64,000 bases of DNA from Verrucomicrobiales bacterium (GCA_016793645.1 JAEUHD010000086.1:31397-95396), one strand, 5' to 3'. Positions 25,701-35,466 are shown, numbered from the stretch's first letter. Numbers and translations: made by a program. The notes: generated by a model from the letters alone, not told the origin.

Positions 25701-27212
25701 TCACTCTTTGGACGTTTGGGGGTGTTCACCCAATTCACTGGACGTCGGAGCGTCACCCGACTTGCCCGAATCCTTCCATCCCCCCAGTCGATACCGGAGA
25801 TAATCACGGGACACCCCCAACTTCCGGGCGGCCTTGGAAACATTTCCACGCGTTTCCGCGAGGGCATGCTCAATCAATCGCAAAATGGCCTGTTCGAGGG
25901 AAAAACCCGACTCGGGAAATCGAAACTCCGGGTTGAACCAATCATCCTTGGATGCCGATGTCGCGGGCACTGTCCCCACGAAACCCGCGGCAGATGAGCC
26001 TGCCGTGGAAGTGGTTCCACCAGCGCCAAGCAACTGATCCAGGTTGAGGGCATCCCCGTCCTCGAAGACCAATGCTCGTTCCAGTTCATGGGCGAGTTCC
26101 CGGACATTTCCGGGCCATCCATATCCGAGGACCCGCCGACGCCCCAAGTCGGATAGCGGCCGGACAGGAATCCGATGTCGACGAACCAACCGGGCGATGA
26201 GGGCGTCCGCCAACCGCAATACGTCATCCCCCCGCTCCCGGAGTGGGGGAAGCACCACCCGAAACAAATCCAATCGATGGAACAAATCCTCACGAAACCG
26301 CCCCTCACGGACCAGATCCCTGAGTTCACGGTTCACGGCGGCGACCACACGAACCTCGACGGGAATGTCCCGGTTCCCTCCCACCCGACGCACCCGTCGG
26401 TCCTCCAAGACCGTCAGCAATTTGGCCTGCAGCGGGAGGCTGAGGGAAGCGAGTTCGTCAAGAAACAGCGTGCCTCCGTTGGCCGCCTCAAACAGTCCCA
26501 TCCGGGCACTTCTCGCATCGGTGAACGCACCCTTTTCGTGCCCAAACAGCTCGGACTCCGCGAGATTCTCGGGAATGGCGGCACAATTGGCCTCCACCAG
26601 CGGGGCGGATGCCCGGGGACCTTCATTGTGAATCCATCGCGCAATGGTCGTCTTTCCCGTCCCTGTCTCTCCCTGGATCAAAACCGGGGGCGGCGTCGAT
26701 CCCGCGCCATGGAGCCGATGATCGGCGGACAGGATCCGCTGCAGCTGCGTCTCCAGTCCCGCCAGGGCCGAGCCAAAGAAAAAACCCGCCTCCGGTGAAT
26801 CCGAGCGCCGGTGCTCAGCAACGCGGACGGCCTGTCGCTGCTGGCGCGCCCTGGCCAGGGTCAAGGCCAGGGCCTCCGGCTCAAAGGGCTTGGTCAGGTA
26901 GTCCAGTGCCCCCAACTTCATGGCGGCCACCGCCCCGGCCACGCCGCCCATCGCGGTCATGACAATGACGCCCGCCGTGGTGCCAAAGACCCCGTCCCGG
27001 AGGAGGTCCGTCCCCGTCCCATCCGGCAAATTCACGTCGAGAAGCACGTAATCGAAACTCAGCTCCCCGGCCAACTGCCGGGCCGCCCTCAAGGAATCCG
27101 CCTGCGACACGTCGGCACCCATGCCCTCCAGTGTCGCGGCCAAATGCCGCCTCAGCAGCGGTTCGTCATCGACCACCAGAATGTTGAATCCCGACAAAGC
27201 TCCTGACCGCAT
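25701..27212 (-). CDS. sigma-54-dependent response regulator (NtrC/ZraR family: receiver + AAA+ + Fis-type HTH)
   Basis: Receiver ILVVDDEPLLR...DYVLLDVNLPDG, Walker A GETGTGKT, the GAFTGA-type loop ESELFGHEKGAFTDA, and a C-terminal HTH GNVSKAARKLGVSRDYLRYR. Confidence 0.92.
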   Translation of the reverse strand: MRSGALSGFNILVVDDEPLLRRHLAATLEGMGADVSQADSLRAARQLAGELSFDYVLLDVNLPDGTGTDLLRDGVFGTTAGVIVMTAMGGVAGAVAAMKLGALDYLTKPFEPEALALTLARARQQRQAVRVAEHRRSDSPEAGFFFGSALAGLETQLQRILSADHRLHGAGSTPPPVLIQGETGTGKTTIARWIHNEGPRASAPLVEANCAAIPENLAESELFGHEKGAFTDARSARMGLFEAANGGTLFLDELASLSLPLQAKLLTVLEDRRVRRVGGNRDIPVEVRVVAAVNRELRDLVREGRFREDLFHRLDLFRVVLPPLRERGDDVLRLADALIARLVRRHRIPVRPLSDLGRRRVLGYGWPGNVRELAHELERALVFEDGDALNLDQLLGAGGTTSTAGSSAAGFVGTVPATSASKDDWFNPEFRFPESGFSLEQAILRLIEHALAETRGNVSKAARKLGVSRDYLRYRLGGWKDSGKSGDAPTSSELGEHPQTSKE

Positions 27213-27417
27213 CCGGCGAGGATGACGACCGGAACGCCCCGTGGCCAGCCGGATGCGTTCGAGGTTCCCGGGAGAATGTCACTCCACGATTCGGTATTCG
27301 CTTGCCTGTCGCCTCCCGCCCGCCTCAACTGACAGGGTTATCCGCACGCGTCCGGTGGCGCACCGGACCCGGGTCCGGAAGCCATCAAGGGACGCGGTGG
27401 GAACGCTTTGGATCAAC

Positions 27418-29457
27418 ATGAACCACGGATCTGCCACCGCATCGACCCCTTCGACGCCGACCCAATTTCCCTATCCGGGAATCGCCACCAGCACCGATGG
27501 CGCGGGAGCGGTCACCTGGGTGGAAACGAACATCACCCAGGGAGCCTGCGCCTACCCGATCACGTCGTCCACGACCATGGGCACCGGGTACCAGACGGAG
27601 GTCTCGAATGGGAAGCAGAACCTCTGGGGCGACACCATCACCTTCGTCCAACCGGAGTCGGAACATTCCGCTGCGTCCACCTGCGAGGGATTCGCTCTCG
27701 CCGGCGGCAGGGTTACCAACTTCACGTCCGGTCAGGGCTTGGTCCTGATGAAGGAAGTCCTGTACACCATTTCCGGAAAGCGCCTTCCCGTCGTGTTCCA
27801 CATCGGAGCCCGGGCACTGACCAGTCATTCGCTGAACGTCCATTGCGGACACGATGACGTGATGAGTGTGGCCGATTGCGGTTGGGGCATCCTGTTCGGA
27901 AGGAACGCTCAGGAAGCCGGCGACTTGGCGCTGATCTGCCGCCGCGCGGCGGAAGCCAGTGACACGCCGTTCATGAACGTGCAGGACGGCTTCCTGACGA
28001 CGCACACCATCGAGAACGTCCGACTCCCGGAGACCGCGTTCATGAAGGAGTACATGGGGGATCCCAACCAGAAGCTCCGCTGTCTGTTTGATCCCCGCAA
28101 CGCCCTGATGTCCGGCGTCGTTCAAAATCAGGACTCCTACATGAAGGGCAAGATCGCCCAGCGGGGGTACTACGATCGCGTCCCGGCCGCCGTCGAGGAG
28201 GCCATGGAGGTCTTCTACCAGAACACCGGCCGCCGCTACCGGATGGTGGACACCTACCTGATGGACGATGCCGAATTCGCCCTCGTTGGAATGGGGGGGA
28301 TGATGGAAACCGCCCAGGCTGCCGTGGATTATCTGCGGTCGAAGTATGGAGTGAAGGTGGGTGTTGTTCATGTCACCTGCTTCGCTCCGTTCCCGGCAAC
28401 CCAGTTGGTGGCGGCACTCAAGAATGTCCGCGCCTTCACCGTCATCGAGCGAATGGACAACCCCCTCGCGCAGTCCAATCCGCTCGTCCAGGCGATCAAG
28501 GCCTCCTTCGCCGACGCCTTGATTGGCCTTCACTACGGATCCAGCGGGCAGACTTCCTACCCCGAGGTGCACCGTCTTCCCCGGATCTACTCCTGCTCCG
28601 CAGGCCTCGGCTCCCGGGACATCCGCGCGGGTCACTTCATCGCGATCACCCGCAACATGCAGTCCGAACAGCCCCGGGAGTTCTCGGTGGTCGGCATCAA
28701 GCATGAGCTCGCGCTGCCGGACGCGGAAGATCCCGATATCCGTCCGGAAGGAGCGTTCTCCATGCGCGGACATTCGGTCGGCGGATTCGGATCCGTCACC
28801 ACCAACAAGCTGATCGCCTCCTTCGTCGGGGAGTTGTTCAATCTCTACGTCCAGGCCTACCCGAAGTACGGCTCCGAGAAGAAGGGTCTCCCCACGACCT
28901 ATTACCTGACGGTGGCTCATGATCACGTCCGCTCCCACAGCGAACTCGATCACGTGGAATTCATCCCGCTCAACGACGTCAATGCGTTCAACCTGGGGAA
29001 TCCCCTCGCGGGAATCGCCCCCGAGGGCAGCGTGTTCATCCAGAGCCCGCATACCAACCCCGAACAGGTTTGGGCGGAGATCCCGGAGTTCGGACGCAAG
29101 ATCATCCGGACCAAGAAGCTCCGGGTCTACTACCTGGACACCGTGAAGATCGCGCGGGAGATCGCGACCGACCCCGACCTGCAGCAGCGCATGCAGGGCG
29201 TCGTCCTGGTCGGCATTTTCATCAAGGTCACCCCGTTTGCGGCTCGCTCGGGAATGAACGAGGAAACCGTTCTGGGTGCCGTGGAAAAGTACATCCGGAA
29301 ATACTTCGGCAAGCGCGGCGAACACGTCGTCCAGGAGAACCTCGCCTGTGTCAAACAGGGACTGAAGGACGTCCGCGAAGTCCCCTCGGAGATCATTACC
29401 TCCACGAACCAACCCCGCGAGATGGTTCGCGGTGAGACCCTGGTCTTTGCCAAGTAA
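27418..29457 (+). CDS. pyruvate:ferredoxin-type 2-oxoacid oxidoreductase, large subunit (PFOR domains I-III)
   Basis: 679 aa from MNHGSATAS. YPITSSTTM, ESEHSAASTCEGFALAGGRVTNFTSGQGLVLM and GHDDVMSVADCGWGILF fit PFOR domain I, and the C-terminal part is gamma-like. Confidence 0.85.
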   Translation: MNHGSATASTPSTPTQFPYPGIATSTDGAGAVTWVETNITQGACAYPITSSTTMGTGYQTEVSNGKQNLWGDTITFVQPESEHSAASTCEGFALAGGRVTNFTSGQGLVLMKEVLYTISGKRLPVVFHIGARALTSHSLNVHCGHDDVMSVADCGWGILFGRNAQEAGDLALICRRAAEASDTPFMNVQDGFLTTHTIENVRLPETAFMKEYMGDPNQKLRCLFDPRNALMSGVVQNQDSYMKGKIAQRGYYDRVPAAVEEAMEVFYQNTGRRYRMVDTYLMDDAEFALVGMGGMMETAQAAVDYLRSKYGVKVGVVHVTCFAPFPATQLVAALKNVRAFTVIERMDNPLAQSNPLVQAIKASFADALIGLHYGSSGQTSYPEVHRLPRIYSCSAGLGSRDIRAGHFIAITRNMQSEQPREFSVVGIKHELALPDAEDPDIRPEGAFSMRGHSVGGFGSVTTNKLIASFVGELFNLYVQAYPKYGSEKKGLPTTYYLTVAHDHVRSHSELDHVEFIPLNDVNAFNLGNPLAGIAPEGSVFIQSPHTNPEQVWAEIPEFGRKIIRTKKLRVYYLDTVKIAREIATDPDLQQRMQGVVLVGIFIKVTPFAARSGMNEETVLGAVEKYIRKYFGKRGEHVVQENLACVKQGLKDVREVPSEIITSTNQPREMVRGETLVFAK

Positions 29458-29489
29458 CCCTTCGATCGCCCGCCTTAGCCACCCCTTTC

Positions 29490-31103
29490 ATGAGCAACGC
29501 CACCCTTGAGACCCCCGCCCCGGCCATGCCCCAGCGCCTGAACGTGCGGCCGGTCGGAGACGACGTCCTCAACGTCGCCGATTTCAATGAACGCATCGTG
29601 GGAGCCTACAACGACGGCTCCGCGGAAATGGGCCTTCCCGCCGACCTGTCCACGGCGAGGTCCCTGATCACTGCGGGTTCCGCCGTTCTGCGCGATTTCT
29701 CCTACATCGCGCCCGAGATTCCGCTGCTGAACTCCGACAACTGCGTGGCCTGCATGGCCTGCGTCACGGAATGCCCCGACACCGCCATCCTCGGCAAGGT
29801 GGTGCCCAAGGCGAAGCTCGAGGCGGAACTCGAAACCGTCGCGGATCCCGTGGAGCGCGAGCACTACCGAAAGCAGTTCGGCAAGACGACGAAGTTTTGG
29901 AACGTGTACGAAAAGAAGGGCCAGGAGCCCGGCTATTTCGGCATCTTCATCGACCCGACCAAGTGCAAGGGTTGCGCGGAATGCGTCGAGGCCTGCGGCG
30001 ATCACGGTGCGCTGGCCATGCTCAAGAAGGAGGGCAACGTCCTCCCCCGATTCCAAAAGACCTTCAATTTCTACCGCAAGCTTCCGGAGACTCCGAAGCA
30101 GTTCATCAACGAAAAGCTGCTCACGGACATGATGCTCGCGGACCGTTCGCTGCTGTACGTCGGCGGCGCGGGATCCTGCATGGGCTGCGGCGAAGGCACC
30201 GCCATCCGAATGATGCTGGCCGCCACCGGATTCGTGTACGGCAAGGAAAACATCGGCATCGTCAATTCCACGGGATGCTCGACGGTGTACGCCTCGACCT
30301 ATCCGTACAACCCCTACCTCGTCCCCTGGTCCAATTCCCTCTTCGAGAACGGCCCGACGTACGCCATGGGCGTCCGCGCGCGCTGGGATCAGATGGGATG
30401 GAAGGACAAGAAACTTTGGGTCTTCGGCGGCGACGGAGCGATGCTCGACATTGGTTTCCAGGCGCTGAGCCGGATGCTGGCGTCGGGAATGAACATCAAA
30501 GTCCTGATCCTCGATACCCAGGTGTACTCCAACACCGGCGGCCAAAGTTCGACGGCCACCTTCATGGGCCAAAACACCAAGTTCTCGGTTCACGGCAAGG
30601 CCATCCCCGGAAAGACGGAGCGTCGGAAGGAGATCGCCCAGATCGCCATGATGCATCCGAACACGTTCGTTGCCCAGACGAGCTGCGCGATGACCAACCA
30701 CTTCTACAAGTCGATCATGGCGGCCAACGAGTACGACGGCCCCGCCATTGTCAGCGTGTACACCACCTGCCAACCCGAACACGGGGTCGGCGACAACATG
30801 GCGATGCAGCAGTCCAAGCTCGCCGTGGACACCCGTTCGTTCCCGGTGCTCATGTACGATCCCCGCAAGGGCGAGAAGATCAGCGAGCGGCTCAGTCTCC
30901 AGGGGAACCCGGCCACGACCGAAGACTTCTACGTCGAGCCCAAAACCGGCGAAGTGTATGACTTCGTCATGTTCGCCCGGAGCGAGGGTCGCTTCTCCAA
31001 GCACTTCGACAAGGACGGCAAGCCCAGCGCCACGATTCTTGCCGCACGCCAGGAGCGCCTCGAAAACTGGCACCTGCTTCAGGAACTCGCGGGCATCCGC
31101 TAG
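29490..31103 (+). CDS. pyruvate:ferredoxin-type 2-oxoacid oxidoreductase, ferredoxin + TPP-binding subunit (PFOR domains V-VI)
   Basis: Two 4Fe-4S motifs (CVACMACVTECP, CKGCAECVEACG) and the TPP-binding block GGDGAMLDIGFQALS...DTQVYSNTGGQ. Confidence 0.88.
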   Translation: MSNATLETPAPAMPQRLNVRPVGDDVLNVADFNERIVGAYNDGSAEMGLPADLSTARSLITAGSAVLRDFSYIAPEIPLLNSDNCVACMACVTECPDTAILGKVVPKAKLEAELETVADPVEREHYRKQFGKTTKFWNVYEKKGQEPGYFGIFIDPTKCKGCAECVEACGDHGALAMLKKEGNVLPRFQKTFNFYRKLPETPKQFINEKLLTDMMLADRSLLYVGGAGSCMGCGEGTAIRMMLAATGFVYGKENIGIVNSTGCSTVYASTYPYNPYLVPWSNSLFENGPTYAMGVRARWDQMGWKDKKLWVFGGDGAMLDIGFQALSRMLASGMNIKVLILDTQVYSNTGGQSSTATFMGQNTKFSVHGKAIPGKTERRKEIAQIAMMHPNTFVAQTSCAMTNHFYKSIMAANEYDGPAIVSVYTTCQPEHGVGDNMAMQQSKLAVDTRSFPVLMYDPRKGEKISERLSLQGNPATTEDFYVEPKTGEVYDFVMFARSEGRFSKHFDKDGKPSATILAARQERLENWHLLQELAGIR

Positions 31104-31244
31104 TCGCAGCGAATCCGGCTCCCGGCATCACGAACGGACCGGACTCGGGCTCGATCCGCGCCCTTCGCGGCACCGCATTCCCCGTCAATCCGTACCGCCG
31201 GTTTCTCCCGAAAGGATCGGGGAAACCGCGGTTCCTTCGGGCGT

Positions 31245-31634
31245 TCAGTCGGGACGTCCCCAAGGCGTCATCACCCGGACGTGCCGCCCATCCGGATCCA
31301 GCAGGGTCGTGAACTGGGTATGCTCAAACGGCTTCGGCGGATGCAATGGCTGAATCCCCTGCTCCGCCAACCCGGCCATAAACACCGCCATGTCGGGCGT
31401 CGTCAGGCACAACTGGAGGGAGTCGTAGCCGCTTCCGGGAGGGGCTCCAAAATCCGCCCGAGGCTGGATCGTGAAGTAACTGGAACCAAGCCGGCAGGCA
31501 TAGTGAGTCTGACGCCCATCGTGCCGCTCGGCGACCAGGGGAACCCCCAGGATATCCTTGTAAAAGGTCGCGGTACGGTCCGCATCGCTGGCCAGAAGGA
31601 GGATGACCGCAAGATCAGGGGGCGGGTTGGTCAT
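31245..31634 (-). CDS. VOC/glyoxalase-fold family protein
   Basis: 129 aa from MTNPPPDL. FYKDILGVPLV...LLDPDGRHVRV shows the typical beta-alpha-beta-beta-beta module pattern. The longer track ORF adds an Arg/Gly-rich leader. Confidence 0.6.
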   Translation of the reverse strand: MTNPPPDLAVILLLASDADRTATFYKDILGVPLVAERHDGRQTHYACRLGSSYFTIQPRADFGAPPGSGYDSLQLCLTTPDMAVFMAGLAEQGIQPLHPPKPFEHTQFTTLLDPDGRHVRVMTPWGRPD

Positions 31635-31906
31635 ATTCACGTTCGACGACAGCGGAGTTGGCTGCCGGGCCTCAGGGTTTCGTGGGCGCATGGAGTTGTC
31701 ACCCGGATTCTCAGTCCGAACCGGGGGGAGTCCGTTCGCCGAAACTTCCCAGGCCCCCCAATTCCCGCCAATTCCCGGATGACGTCGCTGGGCCGCGGGG
31801 TCCACCCTTCCCTGCCGCCTCATGACAACTCCCCGTGAGTCCGCGTCCCATCGGGCGCACAACCGGGCTCCAGGACGCCAAACCCTCTCGCAACGGGTTG
31901 AGGGCT

Positions 31907-33145
31907 TTATTCGGGTACGGGACCCCGCCAACGTTCCGGGCTCACCACCAGGGAGATGACACGGTATCTCTGGTTGTCGTCATAGGCGGATCCCAGGATG
32001 CAAATCCAAGGCTCGTTGAATCCCGTTTTGCGCGAGATCCTGAGCTGGGGTTCGCCGCCGCGGACCTGGACCCTTTCAAATCCAAGCGGTCGCTCGATGT
32101 CCGGCAAACTGTCCACCAAAGCCTCCCATTCCCCGGATGCAAGGGAGCCAGGTTCCTGACCGGGACGGAGGCGGACGCTTTCCGCCAGCGACGCCGCGGC
32201 CCGAGGCGGAAGACTTGAGACCGGTGCAGAAACCATTTCCACCTCCCCGTCCAGTCGGGTTTCAGGGAAGTCGAGGATTCCCCCTTCGGGCCAGAAAATC
32301 TCAAGCTGCACCCCGGACAACACTCCGGCAGGAGACCCTGGGCGAGTGGACGGCGCCTCCGAGGCAGGTGCCACCATGGGATAGGTATGCTCCCTCCAGA
32401 ATGTGGAACCGGCGATGTGCCTGAGGGCGACGGTCTGCCCGCCCGGCCAAAAATCGGGGGTTCCCTGACGCCAGCCATCCCAGTGATGCTTCTGGGAAGC
32501 CTCGAACACACACACCGTCGGGACGGCGACCGGGTGAACTTCAAGATCCACCCGCCTCAACGCCGGCCAGAGGGGGAGCCAACCGCGCAGGGGAAAGGCA
32601 CCAAGCCCGCTCGGTCGGACGATACCGCAAAGCACCTCCCCGCGACCGCTGATCCCAAAGCCGCTTTCCAACGCGGGGACCCCTGCAAACCAACGTCCGA
32701 ATCTGAGCGTTCCCGTCACGCTTCCCACCACCGCGATGTCGGACAATTGATACGACGCGTATCCGGGATCCGGATCCCGGAGCGGGACGACGAAGTCCAT
32801 TTGGGTGTCAGCAGCCGTGATGCGCTGTCGCCGAAGGTGAAACTCCTCGCGTTGTGTCCGAATCCACTTCCCCGAAGCCCCACCCATCCACCCTCCGAAA
32901 AGTCTCAAGTGCCGGGTCTTCCTTACATCCCGTTCGCGCCAGGGACGGTACTCGAGGATGACCGCATAGTCTTCTCCGGCAATGGCGGCTCCGCGAAGCG
33001 TGACGTGAATCTCCCCGGGCTCAATGGCGTCCGGGAGCGGATGGAGGGTGGATTCGGAGGCAAGCACGGGCAGAAACACACCCAAGGCGTGAGCAAACAG
33101 CGCCAAGTGTCGGCCAAGAATGCCTTTCCCCGAAGCTAACGCCAT
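31907..33145 (-). CDS. hypothetical exported protein, no recognisable domain
   Basis: 412 aa from MALASGKGILGRHLALFAHALGVFLPVLA (signal-like). This start overlaps the upstream gene's stop by 10 nt. The composition looks coding rather than like the Arg/Pro junk of shadow frames. Confidence 0.5.
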   Translation of the reverse strand: MALASGKGILGRHLALFAHALGVFLPVLASESTLHPLPDAIEPGEIHVTLRGAAIAGEDYAVILEYRPWRERDVRKTRHLRLFGGWMGGASGKWIRTQREEFHLRRQRITAADTQMDFVVPLRDPDPGYASYQLSDIAVVGSVTGTLRFGRWFAGVPALESGFGISGRGEVLCGIVRPSGLGAFPLRGWLPLWPALRRVDLEVHPVAVPTVCVFEASQKHHWDGWRQGTPDFWPGGQTVALRHIAGSTFWREHTYPMVAPASEAPSTRPGSPAGVLSGVQLEIFWPEGGILDFPETRLDGEVEMVSAPVSSLPPRAAASLAESVRLRPGQEPGSLASGEWEALVDSLPDIERPLGFERVQVRGGEPQLRISRKTGFNEPWICILGSAYDDNQRYRVISLVVSPERWRGPVPE

Positions 33146-35154
33146 AAGGAGAGTCCACGAATCTGCCCAGTGGTCACCTCCACTAGAAGGAGGACCGGGT
33201 CCGCAGACCGGTCCTGGGTTGGCGTCGGGACTCCGACCAGGACCACGACGTCCGTCCCCGGCAGGACTTGCATCAGTTGCCCCAATCCTGTGGGCATGCT
33301 CCAGATGGCTTCTCCTCCGGGGGACAGCCGCGTCATCTGGTACCCCCCCTGCTTCCATGACAAGAGGAGGACACTATCCGGCCCCCTCAGTTGCAAAAGA
33401 TCCCCACCGGGCCTGGAGCGAAGCAGAACTCCCGACGGGTACTCGGCATCCGAAATCCGCCGGCACGCTTGTATTGTGGCATGTTCGAGGGACGGGTCCG
33501 CGGTTCCACGAAACACGCTGAGCTTTCGGTCCATCCGGCCCGGGGAAAAATCCCGGGGAAGTCGCTTTCCCGGTTCGGGCAGGTCCCTGGGATCGTCCCG
33601 CGGCGCCAAGGCCAGCCACTCCCCTGCGGAAAGCCATCCCCCCGAACACAGGGAGGACTCGAAGCGGGACTTCACCTGCTCGTCCATCCAAGTCCCCCTT
33701 GGCGGAGGCGGGCACGCGATCGCCTTGAAGGAATCCACCGGAAAGACATACGCCTGATGTTCGTCCGGGGCGACCGCCACCAAACGCCCGTCGAAGTGGA
33801 ACCTCGCCGTCGTCAGGAAGCCGCCGAGGCCTCCGTTCAGTGCTGCGAGGTCTGCGGACCGCAAAACCCTTCCCGTGGTCAGATCGATCGCAAACAGATC
33901 GAGAGCCTGGACCCATACCACATCCCCCTCCAAACCAAGAATCCGAGTCATCGGCATGATCTCCGTCGACAGGGGCTGGGTCAGCAAATGGAAGGACTCC
34001 TGTTGGGAGGGATCCGCGATGGAAACCGCCCGCAGGTCGATCCGCAGGCGTTCCTTCATCGCCAACCGGCGAAATCCCGGCAGACGACGTTCGACGGTGC
34101 CGAACACCTGGAACACATGGGTGGACGACCGGGCGACCTGACCCAGGGGAAATCCGGCGGACTTGATGGTCAGGAATTGCCACGTCGCAATCCCCCCTGC
34201 CAGGAGGATCAACAAACCGGCACCCAGTAGATTCGACCAGCGTGGGAACAGGACCCGCGCCCCCCCATCCGCCGACATTTGGCGGAGGATGACCGTCCAC
34301 GCGTCGAATTCCTGGAGTGCCACACTGGAAGCGCTCGGTCGGACTTTCCACTCATGGAACTCCCACAACATCCGGAGAAAGGAGACCTCGTCTGCGAACT
34401 CGATCCGGCCCGGGTTGTCCCCGTAGTCCAATCGGACGAATCTTCCGCGTCTCCAGAAAATACTCGTGCCTCCCTCCTTGTGAACCCGGCCAAAGGTTCC
34501 GCCCCGCCGCATGCCTTCCAGGATGGCCCTCTGGACATCGGCCACTTTCCTCAGGTTTCCGGAGTGCGAAAGCGCTACTTCGCATCGTTCCCCATAGTGT
34601 TCGGAATAGGGTTCCCCTGGGAATGGCGGAGCGATCTCCCTCAGTTCACGAGTCCACCCCTGGAACCAGCCTTCCGCCCGGTGCCGTTGATGGTCGAAAT
34701 TGGCCCGGTCCGTTCGATCCCAGCAACCCACGGCCTCGAGGGAATAGAAGTTCTCAAGTCGAGTGGCTGCGAGAAAACGAAGCTCCAATTGAAACCGCAC
34801 CCCCTCCACCTGCGTCTCGGCATTCATCCTCAACTCACGGCCCACGCATTTCACAGCCCACAAAACCAGGGTGTCGCGCTCGAACGCCTGCCGGATCTCC
34901 GACGGCGACCGCGGATCCCGGAAATGGAGCACACGAAACCACCGGCCACCGGCATCAGCCCGGCCCGATTCCACGATCTTTCCGCCACCCGAAGGCATTG
35001 ACATGCGATGTGCGGGGTCACGCGCCTCCTCCGTTGGGAGGAACTCGCGGCATCCGCATCGCCGTTGTGTACGCTCCTCTCCGAATCCTGGAATAGGACT
35101 TTGGACCGTACTGCCACGCGCGGAAAGTCGCAGGCCCAACCCGGCCCAGGTCAA
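33136..35154 (-). CDS. hypothetical membrane protein: ~290-aa cytoplasmic N-domain, one TM helix, ~330-aa extracytoplasmic beta-rich domain
   Basis: TM helix LLGAGLLILLAGGIATWQFL mid-protein. The C-terminal part has propeller-like repeats (LFAIDLTTGRVLRS, LLLVEVTTGQIRGL). The true start may be MSMPSGGG at 35004. Confidence 0.5.
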   Translation of the reverse strand: MTWAGLGLRLSARGSTVQSPIPGFGEERTQRRCGCREFLPTEEARDPAHRMSMPSGGGKIVESGRADAGGRWFRVLHFRDPRSPSEIRQAFERDTLVLWAVKCVGRELRMNAETQVEGVRFQLELRFLAATRLENFYSLEAVGCWDRTDRANFDHQRHRAEGWFQGWTRELREIAPPFPGEPYSEHYGERCEVALSHSGNLRKVADVQRAILEGMRRGGTFGRVHKEGGTSIFWRRGRFVRLDYGDNPGRIEFADEVSFLRMLWEFHEWKVRPSASSVALQEFDAWTVILRQMSADGGARVLFPRWSNLLGAGLLILLAGGIATWQFLTIKSAGFPLGQVARSSTHVFQVFGTVERRLPGFRRLAMKERLRIDLRAVSIADPSQQESFHLLTQPLSTEIMPMTRILGLEGDVVWVQALDLFAIDLTTGRVLRSADLAALNGGLGGFLTTARFHFDGRLVAVAPDEHQAYVFPVDSFKAIACPPPPRGTWMDEQVKSRFESSLCSGGWLSAGEWLALAPRDDPRDLPEPGKRLPRDFSPGRMDRKLSVFRGTADPSLEHATIQACRRISDAEYPSGVLLRSRPGGDLLQLRGPDSVLLLSWKQGGYQMTRLSPGGEAIWSMPTGLGQLMQVLPGTDVVVLVGVPTPTQDRSADPVLLLVEVTTGQIRGLSLWR

Positions 35155-35392
35155 TCATCTCAGCTCCGGGTGACTACCACAGCAGGCGACGTGAACGCCG
35201 CGGAAGGAGCAATCCGGGACCGGGACGTCAAGAAACCGACCGCAGAGCCTCTAAATCCAGGACGGAGCCCACGGGAGATCCCTCATCAACGCGCCGCAGG
35301 AAAGACCCAAAACCCACGCCCTCGAGGGATCCCAAGGACCACCGCGAAGGCCCCGGGAGGCTGGAGGACCGGACCGCAGTCGTTGGGGGAGA

Positions 35393-35466
35393 TGGAGCGG
35401 GTGAAGGGAATCGAACCCTCGTAACCAGTTTGGAAGACTGGCGCTCTACCATTGAGCTACACCCGC
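35393..35466 (-). tRNA. tRNA-Gly (anticodon UCC), CCA encoded
   Basis: The minus strand reads GCGGGTGTAGCTCAATGGTAGAGCGCCAGTCTTCCAAACTGGTTACGAGGGTTCGATTCCCTTCACCCGCTCCA. I folded the full cloverleaf by hand: 7-bp acceptor stem, GCTC/GAGC D stem, CCAGT/ACTGG anticodon stem, loop CTTCCAA and T-loop TTCGATT. Confidence 0.95.

Noticed and set aside
27385-29412. 675-aa minus-strand ORF covering almost the whole PFOR large-subunit gene
   Set aside because: It is antisense to a gene with unmistakable PFOR motifs. Its translation is Gly/Arg/Asp/His-rich with no motifs. This is a typical stop-codon-poor shadow frame of high-GC DNA.
29475-31073. 532-aa minus-strand ORF antisense to the PFOR ferredoxin/TPP subunit
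   Set aside because: Same shadow-ORF reasoning. The plus strand carries two 4Fe-4S motifs and a TPP site, and the minus-frame product is low-complexity.
31195-31231. Imperfect hairpin CCGCCGGTTTCTCCC...GGGGAAACCGCGG between the convergent PFOR and VOC genes
   Set aside because: It is a possible bidirectional terminator, but the stem has mismatches and no clear U-tract follows on either strand. Too weak to annotate.
31245-35466. Possible genomic island integrated at tRNA-Gly
   Set aside because: I could see no integrase or recombinase, no direct repeat of the tRNA 3' end, and no evident compositional change. Only the adjacency to a tRNA and the unknown functions remain.
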